Source of the DNA: Candidatus Hodarchaeota archaeon
GTDB taxonomy: Archaea; Asgardarchaeota; Lokiarchaeia; Sigyniarchaeales; SOKP01
Direction: 5' to 3'
DNA length: 64,000 bases
Assembly (NCBI GenBank): GCA_048887225.1
Contig: JBHLJY010000004.1
Span: forward strand, 160,001 to 224,000
In this document: positions 18,481 through 28,580 of the stretch, piece after piece
Position numbering within the stretch: position 1 is the first letter of the stretch
Layout of the letters: each line of letters begins with the position of its first letter
Notes under the pieces: model-generated
Told to the model about the DNA's origin: nothing
The model's input: only the letters and a program-made list of their open reading frames with translations
Databases searched by the model: none
Program-made: the position numbers and the translations under genes

Positions 18481-20427
18481 TTAATATATATCGAAATCTT
18501 TGATGGAAAATTTTTCAATCTTCTTCATAATAGGGATTAAACTTAGATAATTTAAAAGAACCATTGCACTAAAAAGAATAGAAATTCCAACAAAAGGAAC
18601 ATATAACGGGGGTAAGTACGCACGATCAATTAAAAATATTGAGTTTATAATCATTCCTAATCCTAAACTTAGTAAAAGAGACGGGATAATAACAAATAAA
18701 GCTTCTAAAAATAAGACTCTCTTCAAAGATTTTTTCTTAGCACCGACAGCCCTCATTATTAAGAAGTCTTTTGCTTTTTCTAATAACCCTGCTTTTTGAT
18801 AATTATATAGTGTAAGTATGGAAATTACTCCCATAACAATTATTAAAATTATAGGGTATAATGTCAAATTTGAAAGATAAGTTAGATTTTCTTCAAAAAT
18901 AGGATCCAACAATAGACATGTAAAATCATTTCCTAATTTTCCTTCTATAATTTCTTCAAGTTCTTCTTCTATATCTTCATAGGAACCACTCTCGAGTTTC
19001 ATTAAAACGATATTAATCTCATTATTAGTAAAATTCAATTCTTCTCGAAATATATCTAAGCCTATATATCCAACATTTCCACTGTAAAAACTATCTATTA
19101 TGACGCCTGAAATGTGAAATCTATGTCCTAAATCTTTGATTCTCAAACTCTGATCAAGAGCATAATCGAAAAAATTATAGGCTAATCCATCTCCAATGGT
19201 CATATTATCATATGAGTCGTCATCATCGAAAAATCTCCCTTCAATTTCAAAATCTTGGATCTTATCGTCTGGATTTACTCCAATAATAGGATAATTTCCT
19301 TTTCTTCCTTGACCCACAGTTTGATATCCCCCTCTACCCTCCTCTTCTCCATAATAATAATGATATCCATCTAACTCTTCGACATCGCAGAATTTTATCA
19401 AGCGCGGGTCTACTTCTTCGATTTCGTCTATTGAATTAATTTCTACAATATCGCTAAGGTTAAATAAATATTTTGGTTCCATAAAATCTATATCGTCTTC
19501 ATCGACAGAAACTGAAGGATCTGAAAACATTTTATACATATCCGCGTAAGAATCAACAGCTTCTTCGTGGCCTATTACGACAATATTGTCCTCTTGAGAT
19601 TTTTTTATCCACTCTTGTGAAGAAGTATTTAACACAATAGTTCCCAATCCCAATGTAAAAATAATAAGGAAGATAAAGGAAAAGATAAATAGAAATCTAA
19701 AAAATTCACCTTTTCTTCTGATTGTATTTATAATCGCAATTTTTAAATTAAAACCTAAATTCGAAAGCCATCTTGGAATCAATATTAATTTTTTTGAAGC
19801 GTCATAATTGTAGGGGATCTCTTTTGAAAATGTTTTTGTAATTTTCTGGTTTCCTATTTTTCTTAGGGCAAAACCAGATATAAAAAAAATGCCAAGTAAA
19901 CATGAAAAAAACAAAATTAATGTATAAAACAAATCAATATAAAACAGAATTTTTAATCCTACCAAGAGCATAACAAGAGCAAATATACCGTACGCAACCA
20001 AACCAAGAATTAATCCTAGTACAAATCCCAACAAGTAAATGATATACGCTTCGAGAAGATAAAAACTATATAATCTATTAGGCAGCGTTCCTAATGCTTT
20101 CATTATAGCAATATCTCTTTTTTTACTAATAATTAAAGAAGTAGTGATTGCTACGACAACTATGAAAGCAAGAAAAAGAACTAATACTAGAATTAATGTA
20201 TTAAACTGAGAATAGATTGAATTAATAGCTCCCGAAAAATAAAGATCATTACTATTTAAATCGTCTTCGATTGTAGTAAAACTTTGGATAATCAGGTTTA
20301 AGCCTAATGAAGATGAAAAATAAATCATAAATATTGCCAAAGAAATTACCAAAGCTATTGTTAAAACATATGGATATGTTTGAGATTTCTTTCTCATAAA
20401 ATCCTTTATTGCGAAATCTAAAGACAT
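18481..20427 (-). CDS. ABC transporter permease, FtsX/MacB family (two FtsX domains)
   Basis: KKRDIAIMKALG and DFLIMRAVGA motifs; TM blocks flank an extracytoplasmic domain. Confidence 0.85.
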   Translation of the reverse strand: MSLDFAIKDFMRKKSQTYPYVLTIALVISLAIFMIYFSSSLGLNLIIQSFTTIEDDLNSNDLYFSGAINSIYSQFNTLILVLVLFLAFIVVVAITTSLIISKKRDIAIMKALGTLPNRLYSFYLLEAYIIYLLGFVLGLILGLVAYGIFALVMLLVGLKILFYIDLFYTLILFFSCLLGIFFISGFALRKIGNQKITKTFSKEIPYNYDASKKLILIPRWLSNLGFNLKIAIINTIRRKGEFFRFLFIFSFIFLIIFTLGLGTIVLNTSSQEWIKKSQEDNIVVIGHEEAVDSYADMYKMFSDPSVSVDEDDIDFMEPKYLFNLSDIVEINSIDEIEEVDPRLIKFCDVEELDGYHYYYGEEEGRGGYQTVGQGRKGNYPIIGVNPDDKIQDFEIEGRFFDDDDSYDNMTIGDGLAYNFFDYALDQSLRIKDLGHRFHISGVIIDSFYSGNVGYIGLDIFREELNFTNNEINIVLMKLESGSYEDIEEELEEIIEGKLGNDFTCLLLDPIFEENLTYLSNLTLYPIILIIVMGVISILTLYNYQKAGLLEKAKDFLIMRAVGAKKKSLKRVLFLEALFVIIPSLLLSLGLGMIINSIFLIDRAYLPPLYVPFVGISILFSAMVLLNYLSLIPIMKKIEKFSIKDFDIY

Positions 20428-20448
20428 ATCTATTTTACCTCACACAAT

Positions 20449-21234
20449 TTACCTATTAATTGTAGAATTCACTTCTTTTATTATCCTTCCATCATCAAAA
20501 GTAATAACCCGATCTGCTAAATCAATTAATTTATCATCATGAGTAGCCAGAATTATTGTTTTTCTGAGATCTTTAAGATCTTTAAATAAATCTCTTATGA
20601 ATTCGCTCGTTTTTTTATCTAAATTTGCTGTGATTTCATCTCCAAATATTACAGGTGGATCATTAGCTAATGCCCGTGCAATTGCTACACGTTGTTGTTC
20701 TCCAGCTGAAAGTTGAAAGGGTAAATGTTCTCTTCGCTCATCTAAACTAACTTTCTTTAATAAATTTACGGCTCGTTTTCTTGCCTCTTTAAATGGTACT
20801 CCTGCAGTCCTTAAAATAAAAAGTATGTTTTCTTCTGCCGTCAAAGTCGAGATGAGATTATAATTTTGAAAAATAAATCCTGAATTGATTAATCTAAAAG
20901 TTGCTAGTGCTTCTTCTTCCAAATTACTAATTTTGATCCCATGAGCATATATAATTCCTTTGTTTGGAGAATCTAATCCACTAAGTAAATTTAATAGCGT
21001 GGTTTTTCCGGCTCCAGAAGGTCCTTTTATTACAACAAATTCTCCTTCCTCAATCTTTAAAGATACACCATCAACAGCTCTAACAATAAAATCTCCTATC
21101 TCGTAATCTTTAACCAAGTTTTCAGCAAAAATTATTACATTATCTTTTAATATCTCTATGATTTTATCTGCTTCAATATCTTCTTCTATTGATTCGTCAT
21201 CTTCAGTCTTCTTCAGCGAATCTTTCTTAGACAC
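20449..21234 (-). CDS. ABC transporter ATP-binding protein, LolD/MacB-like
   Basis: GPSGAGKTT, LSAGEQQRVAIARAL, DEITANLD and ATHD motifs. Confidence 0.92.
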   Translation of the reverse strand: MSKKDSLKKTEDDESIEEDIEADKIIEILKDNVIIFAENLVKDYEIGDFIVRAVDGVSLKIEEGEFVVIKGPSGAGKTTLLNLLSGLDSPNKGIIYAHGIKISNLEEEALATFRLINSGFIFQNYNLISTLTAEENILFILRTAGVPFKEARKRAVNLLKKVSLDERREHLPFQLSAGEQQRVAIARALANDPPVIFGDEITANLDKKTSEFIRDLFKDLKDLRKTIILATHDDKLIDLADRVITFDDGRIIKEVNSTINR

Positions 21235-21409
21235 AATTTATACAATTTTTTTAAGATTTTATCTCTTATGCATTTTTTAAGAGGTTTTAAATTCGGTTTT
21301 TTAAGGTTAGAATTATTGCTTTATGTAATAATTGCTTTATTAAAGAAAGATAAAATTTCAACGTTCGAGAAAATAGATTTAAATATCATCTTGTTTTAAT
21401 AATTTATTA

Positions 21410-21538
21410 GAGGGAATTCGTGAGACGAGCAAAATATAATATCCCCTAATTTCCTAATATTTTAAATGGTAACTAAATTTTATCCCAAATCTAAAGCCAC
21501 AATTGTTAGTTTTAGATTAAGCTTCTCCCGGATCCCTC
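21410..21538 (+). ncRNA. Candidate ~130-nt structured small RNA of unknown family
   Basis: Interrupted ~17-bp terminal stem GAGGGAATTCGTGAGACGAGC / GCTTCTCCCGGATCCCTC; internal 10-bp hairpin 21488-21518; TATA-like TTTAAATA about 25 nt upstream; T-run downstream. Confidence 0.5.
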
Positions 21539-21800
21539 AATCTCTTTTTTTCAAAAGCTACAAAATAAAAAATATATCAAGTTACACTTAGAGGCACTAT
21601 ATTTTACGTGATTTATAAATTATAAAAGTCTTTTTAAGCTTGTTTTATAGTAATTTTCCAATTAGCGATTATTTTCACTAAATTATAAGAATAACATTTT
21701 TCTTTTAGAGAAAAGATTTATATCACAATATTAAATTTAATAAAAGATATCCTTTCTAATTAACGAAATCATTAAGATTTCTTATTAATAGAAAAAGAGG

Positions 21801-22064
21801 TTGAAAAAATTGAGTGAAAAGGAAAATAACGAATTTGAAATTGATAAGGAATTAGATACAACCGGATTATATTGTCCAGAACCCTTGTTTGAAGTACGAA
21901 ATCTATCTGAAACTCTTGAAATTGGCCAGTGTTTTAAAATAATTGCTGATGATCCGGCCGCTGAAGAAGATTTATCGAGGTGGGCTAAAAGAACTGGCAC
22001 AGAAATTCTCGATTTTAGAAAGGAGGATAATATTTTAACATTTATTTTTAAGAAAAACAAATGA
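21801..22064 (+). CDS. tusA: Sulfurtransferase, TusA family
   Basis: LDTTGLYCPEP and IIADDP motifs. Confidence 0.9.
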   Translation: MKKLSEKENNEFEIDKELDTTGLYCPEPLFEVRNLSETLEIGQCFKIIADDPAAEEDLSRWAKRTGTEILDFRKEDNILTFIFKKNK

Positions 22065-22081
22065 AAAAAGGGTGATGTGAA

Positions 22082-22438
22082 ATGGGAAAAAGTATATTAT
22101 ATGTACAAACAAGTGATAATCCTGAACGCCAGTATTCCCCCTTAGTGTTAGCGCAAACAGCGAAAGCTATGGATATTGATGCAACAGTTTATTATTTGGG
22201 GGCAGGCTTAAGAATATTAAAACCAGGCGAAGCTGAAAGAATAAAGCTAGGCGATTTTCCATCTGTTAAAGAAATGATTGATAAGACCTTAGAAGCGGGG
22301 GTTGAAATTTTAGTTTGTGAAGCTTCAAAAAGAATGTTAGGATGGGAGAAAGTTGAACTAATTCCAGGTGTAAAAATTGTAGGAGCAGCTACTCTAAACG
22401 ATTTAGTATTGGAGCATGATGCAACCCAATGGTTTTAA
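22082..22438 (+). CDS. DsrE family sulfur-relay protein
   Basis: GVEILVCEAS and LIPGVKIVGAATL; operon context. Confidence 0.8.
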   Translation: MGKSILYVQTSDNPERQYSPLVLAQTAKAMDIDATVYYLGAGLRILKPGEAERIKLGDFPSVKEMIDKTLEAGVEILVCEASKRMLGWEKVELIPGVKIVGAATLNDLVLEHDATQWF

Positions 22439-22498
22439 CAAAATTTTTTTTATTTATTTATATTAAAATAATTGATTTAATGAAAGAAGGATGAAACA

Positions 22499-23689
22499 AT
22501 GAGCATCTATTTAGATTATCAGGCTGCGAAACCCATAGATGATAGAGTTTTATCAGAGATGTTACCGTATTTTAAACAAAAATTCGCAAATCCTTCTTCT
22601 TTACACAATGATGGTGATATTGCAACCGATATTTTAGATATATCACGTAAAAAGGTTGCTAAATTTATTAATGCACCGAACGCATCTGATATCATTTTTA
22701 CTGCGAGTGCCACAGAATCAAATAATCTAGCTCTTATCGGTGCTTCAATGAATCGGAAAAACAAAGGAAATCATATCATTATTTCTGAAACTGAGCATAT
22801 TTCAATATTGAACTTAGCAAAATATTTAGAAAGACAAGGATTTGAAATTAGTAGAGTTCCTGTGGATCAATATGGAATCATAAGACTTGATAAATTAGAA
22901 CGCTTAATTAAAGATAAAACCATTTTAATATCAATCGCTTCGGCTAGCAACGAAGTAGGTTCTCTTCAACCATTAAAAGAAATAAGTGAAATCGCTTCTG
23001 ATAAAAAAATTTTATTTCATACTGACGCCGTAGCTAGCGAATCTACTATTCCGATTGATGTTCAGAGGATTCCAATTGATTTAATTACATTATCTTCAAA
23101 TGACATTTACGGCCCTAGAGGTGTAGGTGCCCTATACTTGAAAAAAGGAGTTCGAGTAAATCCAGTAATAATAGGTGGAGGTCAAGAAAGGGGTATTAGA
23201 TCAGGTTCTGAAAATATACCAGGAATAGTAGGTTTTGCTAAAGCAGCTGAGATTATGATGGAGGAAATGGAGATTGAGGCAGAACGCCTTAAAAAATTGA
23301 GAGACAAAATTATAAAAGAAATATTAGAAACGATTCCAAAATCTTATTTAAATGGACATCCCGAAAAAAGACTTCCAAATAACGTACATTTTAGATTTGA
23401 TTATATTGAGGGAGAGTCCTTAATACTCGGTTTAAAAGACGAAAATATTGCGGCTGCGACAGGTTCTGCGTGTACTTCAAAAACATTAGAACCTTCTCAC
23501 ACATTAATAGCAATGGGTTTGTTGCATAAAGAAGCTCACGGAAGTTTATTACTTTCATTGGGACGATTCACAAAAAACTCAGATGTCAATAAAGTCATAG
23601 AAGTTTTACCTGGAGTTGTCAAAAGATTAAGGATTATATCACCACTAACACCTCCTGATTTATTAGAACAATATAATGAGGTGAAATAA
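22499..23689 (+). CDS. iscS: IscS/NifS-like cysteine desulfurase homologue with the PLP-binding Lys replaced by Asp
   Basis: FANPSSLH, HTDAV, GGGQERGIRSGSEN and GSACTS motifs; SSNDIYGPRG in place of SxHKxYGPKG. Confidence 0.88.
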   Translation: MSIYLDYQAAKPIDDRVLSEMLPYFKQKFANPSSLHNDGDIATDILDISRKKVAKFINAPNASDIIFTASATESNNLALIGASMNRKNKGNHIIISETEHISILNLAKYLERQGFEISRVPVDQYGIIRLDKLERLIKDKTILISIASASNEVGSLQPLKEISEIASDKKILFHTDAVASESTIPIDVQRIPIDLITLSSNDIYGPRGVGALYLKKGVRVNPVIIGGGQERGIRSGSENIPGIVGFAKAAEIMMEEMEIEAERLKKLRDKIIKEILETIPKSYLNGHPEKRLPNNVHFRFDYIEGESLILGLKDENIAAATGSACTSKTLEPSHTLIAMGLLHKEAHGSLLLSLGRFTKNSDVNKVIEVLPGVVKRLRIISPLTPPDLLEQYNEVK

Positions 23690-23694
23690 TATCA

Positions 23695-24498
23695 ATGAAA
23701 TCTACAAATTATAGTGAAAAAGTTCTGGATCATTTTAGAAATCCTAGAAATATGGGTGAAATTGAAAATCCAGATGGTTTCGGTCGCGTTGGAAATCCTG
23801 TTTGCGGTGATCTAATGTTTATGTATATAAAAGTAGGAAAAAATGAGAATGATGAAGAAATTATTGATGAGATCAAATTTAAAACATTTGGATGTGGTTC
23901 AGCAGTGGCAACATCATCAATGATTACTGAGATGGCAAAAGGTAAAACACTTGATGAGGCTTTTAAAATAACAAGACAGGATGTGGCAGATGAACTAGAA
24001 GGCCTGCCACCTATCAAAATGCATTGTTCCAATTTAGCTGCTGATGCATTACAGGCTGCCATCCGAAATTATCGTGAAGGGACAGAACCAGAGGTTAGTG
24101 TAGCAACATCATGTCAAATAGAGATAGAAGTTATTCTCGGATTTGATAAATTTTTAGGAAAAGGAGTTTATAAACAAAAACCTGATAATTTGGAAGAATT
24201 AAGAGATAAAAGAATATTAATCATAGATTCTGGTGATGATTCTTTAGAACTTGCTATGAACTTAAGTAAATATACAGGAAGAGTTATCCTGGTTACTTCT
24301 TCTAAAGAGGTTCCTGGAAGAGATCAGTTGGCGAAAGATATAAAAAAGTCCGATGTAAAAATATTGTTTCAATCTGAGCTGATTGAAATTAAAGGAGAGT
24401 TAGATGAGGTCGAAAAAGTAGTAATTCATGATTTTGATGAGGATGAGAATTATGAATTATTCGTGGATGTTGTAATCCATTTAGATTATAGAGGTTAG
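23695..24498 (+). CDS. iscU: IscU/NifU Fe-S scaffold fused to a degenerate thioredoxin-reductase-like Rossmann domain
   Basis: YSEKVLDHFRNPRN, NPVCGD, FGCGS and LPPIKMHC motifs; ~130-aa C-terminal extension. Confidence 0.88.
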   Translation: MKSTNYSEKVLDHFRNPRNMGEIENPDGFGRVGNPVCGDLMFMYIKVGKNENDEEIIDEIKFKTFGCGSAVATSSMITEMAKGKTLDEAFKITRQDVADELEGLPPIKMHCSNLAADALQAAIRNYREGTEPEVSVATSCQIEIEVILGFDKFLGKGVYKQKPDNLEELRDKRILIIDSGDDSLELAMNLSKYTGRVILVTSSKEVPGRDQLAKDIKKSDVKILFQSELIEIKGELDEVEKVVIHDFDEDENYELFVDVVIHLDYRG

Positions 24499-24634
24499 GC
24501 GTCCAAATTTTCTTTTTTTATATTTCAATTAGACCTATAACTTTTTTTATTAAAAGTCTATATTTAACCTTTAATTTACAAATAATTAATCACTCTATTT
24601 TATATAATTAATAATTATTCATTAGGATGAAATT

Positions 24635-27010
24635 ATGAGTAAAGTACTAATTGTAGGTGGAGTAGCCGGGGGGGCATCTGCTGCAGCCCGCCTTCGAAGA
24701 ATGAAGGAGGATTTCGAGATAATTGTATTGGATAAGGGACCTTATGTTTCTTTCGCCAATTGTGGTTTACCTTATTATGTTGGAGATGTAATAAAGGAAC
24801 GGAAATCTTTAGAATTAGTTTCACCTCGTCTTTTTAAATTATGGTTTAAAATTGATGTAAGGGTAAATAATGAAGTATTATCAATCGAACGAGAGAAAAA
24901 GAGAGTAAAAGTAAGAGATTTAATAAAGTCAGAGGATTACACATTAGAATATGACTATCTTTTATTAGCTACAGGATCAACTCCAAATATTCCTCCTTTT
25001 CAGGGGCTTGATTCTGTTCCATATCATTCAATTTGGACAATCCCCGATGCAGTAAAAATAAGAGATTTTATTGATAAATATAAAATAAATAAAGCAGTGA
25101 TTGTTGGAGGAGGATTCATAGGATTAGAAATGGCAGAAAATTTAGCTAAGAAAGGGATAAAAGTAAAAATAGTGGAAATGTTTGACCAAGTAATGCCTCC
25201 AATTGACAAGGAAATGGCTCAATTTATTCATCAAGAATTAATTTTAAATGGTGTGTGCTTAGTTTTAGAAGATCCAGTTGATTCCTTTGGACGATCGGAT
25301 AATGATAAACCGTTTGTAAAAACAAAAGGCGGTCGTATAATTGAAACAGATCTGATTATTTTATCTATTGGGATAAGGCCTCAAAGCAAATTGGCTAAAT
25401 TAGCAGGACTCGAATTGAGTCAGGGAGGATATATTATTGTCAATGATGAGATGCGGACATCTGATCCTAATATTTATGCTGTTGGAGATGTCGTTCAAGT
25501 TCTCCATTATCAAACCAAGGAACCAATTTCGATAGCTTTAGCTGGACCTGCAAATAAACAAGGAAGAATTGCAGCAGATAATATTTCAGGAAGAAAAATG
25601 CAATATAAGGGGATTTTAGGCGCTTCAGTAGTAAAAGTTTTTGATTTAACTATAGCTTCTGTAGGACTTACAGAGAAACAACTTAAAAACATTGACATTA
25701 AGTATGAAAAAGTATATGTCCATCCAAATAATCATGCTGGTTATTATCCGGGAGCCACACCACTCGCTATTAAATTAATTTTCGAGGTGCCATCTGGAAA
25801 AGTTCTTGGGGCTCAAATTGTAGGCGGAATGGGAACCGATAAAAGAACTGATGTTATTTCAACGATTATAAAAATGAATGGTAGTGTTTTTGATTTAGAG
25901 GAACTCGAACTTACTTATGCTCCTCCTTATAGTTCTGCTAAAGATCCAGTCAATATGGCGGGTTTTGTAGCATCTAATTTTTTAAGAGGAGATATTTCAA
26001 TTAAACAATGGCATGACATTGATAAGTTTAAAGAAAATGAGGGATTCATTTTAGATGTTAGAACAACTGCTGAATATGAGGCGAGTAGGATTGAAGGCTC
26101 AACTAACATCCCCTTGCATGAGTTAAGAACAAGATTAAATGATTTACCAAGTAAAAAACCTATAATAGTATACTGTGAAGTCGGCTATAGAAGCTATTTA
26201 GCAACTCGAATACTATTACAGTCTGGTTTTAAAGAAGTTTATGAACTAACTGGAGGTTTTAATTTATATGAGATGGCTAATGCTAAAACAGAGGATATTA
26301 TTGCTGCATGTGGTGGTTCTGCACCTATTATGGAGGAATATATTAAACAGAAATCTACTGAGAGTGATAAATACATAATAGTTGATTGTAGCGGTTTAGC
26401 ATGCCCAGGACCTTTAAATGCAATGATAAAATCTCTTGAAACCTTGCCTCAGAATAAGAAGTTAAAGGTCTATGCAACAGATCCAGGATATAAATCAAGT
26501 GTCGAGGCCTATGCGAAATTGAATGAAGCAGTTCAATTAATATATTTAGGAAAAGAAGAAGGTAAATTAGTTGCTACACTAGAAAAAGGAACAACACCAT
26601 TCATTGAAGTTGAAGTACCAACTAAGGTAAGAAAAAAGTCTAGAAAAGAAATACGGGGTCCAAATGCACCTGCTTTATCGGATATCTCACCAGAGGAACT
26701 ATACGAAAGAGTTGATTCAGATGATCCACCTGCGATCCTTATCGACGTACGCACACCTGAAGAATATTATGGCCCTCATGGACGTATAAAAAGTGCTAAA
26801 TTAATCCCTTTAGGTGAATTAATGAATAATATAGATCAATTAGGGGATTTTAAAGAAGAAGAAATAGTGACAATTTGTCATAGTGGCGCACGCTCGATGA
26901 TGGCAGCACAATTTTTAGCGCAAGCAGGATTCAAGGATATTAGAAACCTTACGGGAGGAATGATGATGTGGCATAGAAAAAATTTTCCAGTTGCGAGAGG
27001 GAAACATTAA
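24635..27010 (+). CDS. CoA-disulfide/persulfide reductase fused to rhodanese, TusA and rhodanese domains
   Basis: GGVAGG, SFANCGLPY, GGGFIGLE and YAPPYS; rhodanese YCEVGYRS; TusA CSGLACPGP; rhodanese ICHSGARS. Confidence 0.9.
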   Translation: MSKVLIVGGVAGGASAAARLRRMKEDFEIIVLDKGPYVSFANCGLPYYVGDVIKERKSLELVSPRLFKLWFKIDVRVNNEVLSIEREKKRVKVRDLIKSEDYTLEYDYLLLATGSTPNIPPFQGLDSVPYHSIWTIPDAVKIRDFIDKYKINKAVIVGGGFIGLEMAENLAKKGIKVKIVEMFDQVMPPIDKEMAQFIHQELILNGVCLVLEDPVDSFGRSDNDKPFVKTKGGRIIETDLIILSIGIRPQSKLAKLAGLELSQGGYIIVNDEMRTSDPNIYAVGDVVQVLHYQTKEPISIALAGPANKQGRIAADNISGRKMQYKGILGASVVKVFDLTIASVGLTEKQLKNIDIKYEKVYVHPNNHAGYYPGATPLAIKLIFEVPSGKVLGAQIVGGMGTDKRTDVISTIIKMNGSVFDLEELELTYAPPYSSAKDPVNMAGFVASNFLRGDISIKQWHDIDKFKENEGFILDVRTTAEYEASRIEGSTNIPLHELRTRLNDLPSKKPIIVYCEVGYRSYLATRILLQSGFKEVYELTGGFNLYEMANAKTEDIIAACGGSAPIMEEYIKQKSTESDKYIIVDCSGLACPGPLNAMIKSLETLPQNKKLKVYATDPGYKSSVEAYAKLNEAVQLIYLGKEEGKLVATLEKGTTPFIEVEVPTKVRKKSRKEIRGPNAPALSDISPEELYERVDSDDPPAILIDVRTPEEYYGPHGRIKSAKLIPLGELMNNIDQLGDFKEEEIVTICHSGARSMMAAQFLAQAGFKDIRNLTGGMMMWHRKNFPVARGKH

Positions 27011-27206
27011 TAAATCAGCAACATCGTATTGAAATCGAGATTAAAGAATTTTAAAAGATTGCATCATTTTTATAGCATTCATCAGATATATTTCATATTT
27101 AGCTATTTCTGCAGTATATATTCTTATTTATATGGATTGTTTTTTACTAAATATAATGATATCTATTAATTTATTTTTTTAAAAAAAAAAGAAAAGTGAT
27201 AAATTT

Positions 27207-28484
27207 ATGGAATTGAAAGAAGTATGGCTAATTGACTATGCTCGTACTGCTTTTTCTCGTTCTAGACCAAAACAACCTGAAAGAGATGTTTTTGGTGAAA
27301 TAAGGGGCGATGAATTACTCGCAGAATTATTAATAAAATTTTTTGATCAGAAATTGGCAGATAAAGGATTAGAAAGAAGTGATATTGATGAAGTTTCTGT
27401 AGGTGTTGCTGCGGGTGTGCTTGAAAATTGGACTTATGGAGGTAGAATTCCTATCTTTTTGGCAGGTTTTCCAGTAGACGTTCCAGCTTTCTCAATAGAT
27501 CGACAATGTGGTTCGGCAGGATCTGGTATGCATGTAGGGATCATGGAGATTATGACAGGTAATAGTAAATGTATATTAGCAACGGGTTTTGAGCATATGA
27601 CGCGTGTTCGAGGCAGGGGTGCAACTCCCAACTTAAAATTAATGGATAAGAAAAGCAAATATTATCGTCCTGCATTAGATATGCCTACATCATTTAATAT
27701 GCTTCAAACAGCTCAAAAATTATATGAAGAAGAAGTACCAAAATTTATTAAAGAAGATTTAGATAAGTTTGGTGTGCGAAGTCACAATTTAACAATCAAA
27801 AATCATGAGGCAGGATGGTTTAAAGGCGAAATACTTCCTATTGAAGGGCATATGGAAGGAAATATTGAAGTCCCAATGATGGTTGATAGAGACATGAACG
27901 CTAGAAAATCAAATTTAGAAACAGTTTCGAAACTTCCCAGATTATCTAAACCGTTCTATCTAAAGAAAAATGGAGGTAAAAAAGGTTATATTGAAAGGGA
28001 AGGTACTGCAGAAGGAGTTATAACTGTTGGGAACTCATCCCCTTTAAATGCTGGCGCTACGGCCGCTATTCTTATGGAGGCTGAAGAAGCAAAAAAAAGA
28101 GGAATTGAACCGATGGCTAGAATTCTATCAATTGGATGGGCAGGTGTTCATCCAGCTACGATGGGTCGTGGACCTGTTCCCGCAACTCGTAAGGCTTTAG
28201 AATACGCAAATTTAATTGCTGAAGATATTGAATTTTGGGAAATTAATGAAGCATTTTGTATCGTTGCATTGAATTGCATGGATAAGTTTGGTATTCCCGA
28301 AAAAAAAATTAATGTTATGGGGGGTTCGACTGCGATCGGTCATCCGTTAGGATCAACTATGATTCGGCTTACAGGAACTTTAGCGAGAATTCTCAAGAAT
28401 AAAAAAGCTAAATATGGTGTTGCTAATGCTTGTGTCGGTGGTGGTCAAGGAGTTGCTACAATAATAGAAAATCTTGATGCATAA
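27207..28484 (+). CDS. Thiolase (acetyl-CoA C-acyltransferase)
   Basis: RQCGS, EINEAF, AIGHPLG and CVGGGQG motifs. Confidence 0.93.
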   Translation: MELKEVWLIDYARTAFSRSRPKQPERDVFGEIRGDELLAELLIKFFDQKLADKGLERSDIDEVSVGVAAGVLENWTYGGRIPIFLAGFPVDVPAFSIDRQCGSAGSGMHVGIMEIMTGNSKCILATGFEHMTRVRGRGATPNLKLMDKKSKYYRPALDMPTSFNMLQTAQKLYEEEVPKFIKEDLDKFGVRSHNLTIKNHEAGWFKGEILPIEGHMEGNIEVPMMVDRDMNARKSNLETVSKLPRLSKPFYLKKNGGKKGYIEREGTAEGVITVGNSSPLNAGATAAILMEAEEAKKRGIEPMARILSIGWAGVHPATMGRGPVPATRKALEYANLIAEDIEFWEINEAFCIVALNCMDKFGIPEKKINVMGGSTAIGHPLGSTMIRLTGTLARILKNKKAKYGVANACVGGGQGVATIIENLDA

Positions 28485-28580
28485 CTCAATGTTATGAAAA
28501 AATAAGCAATTATTTTATAAATTAATCACAAATTTAATGAGTTCATAAAAAATAAAAGATTTCAATTTTTTTCTTAACTA

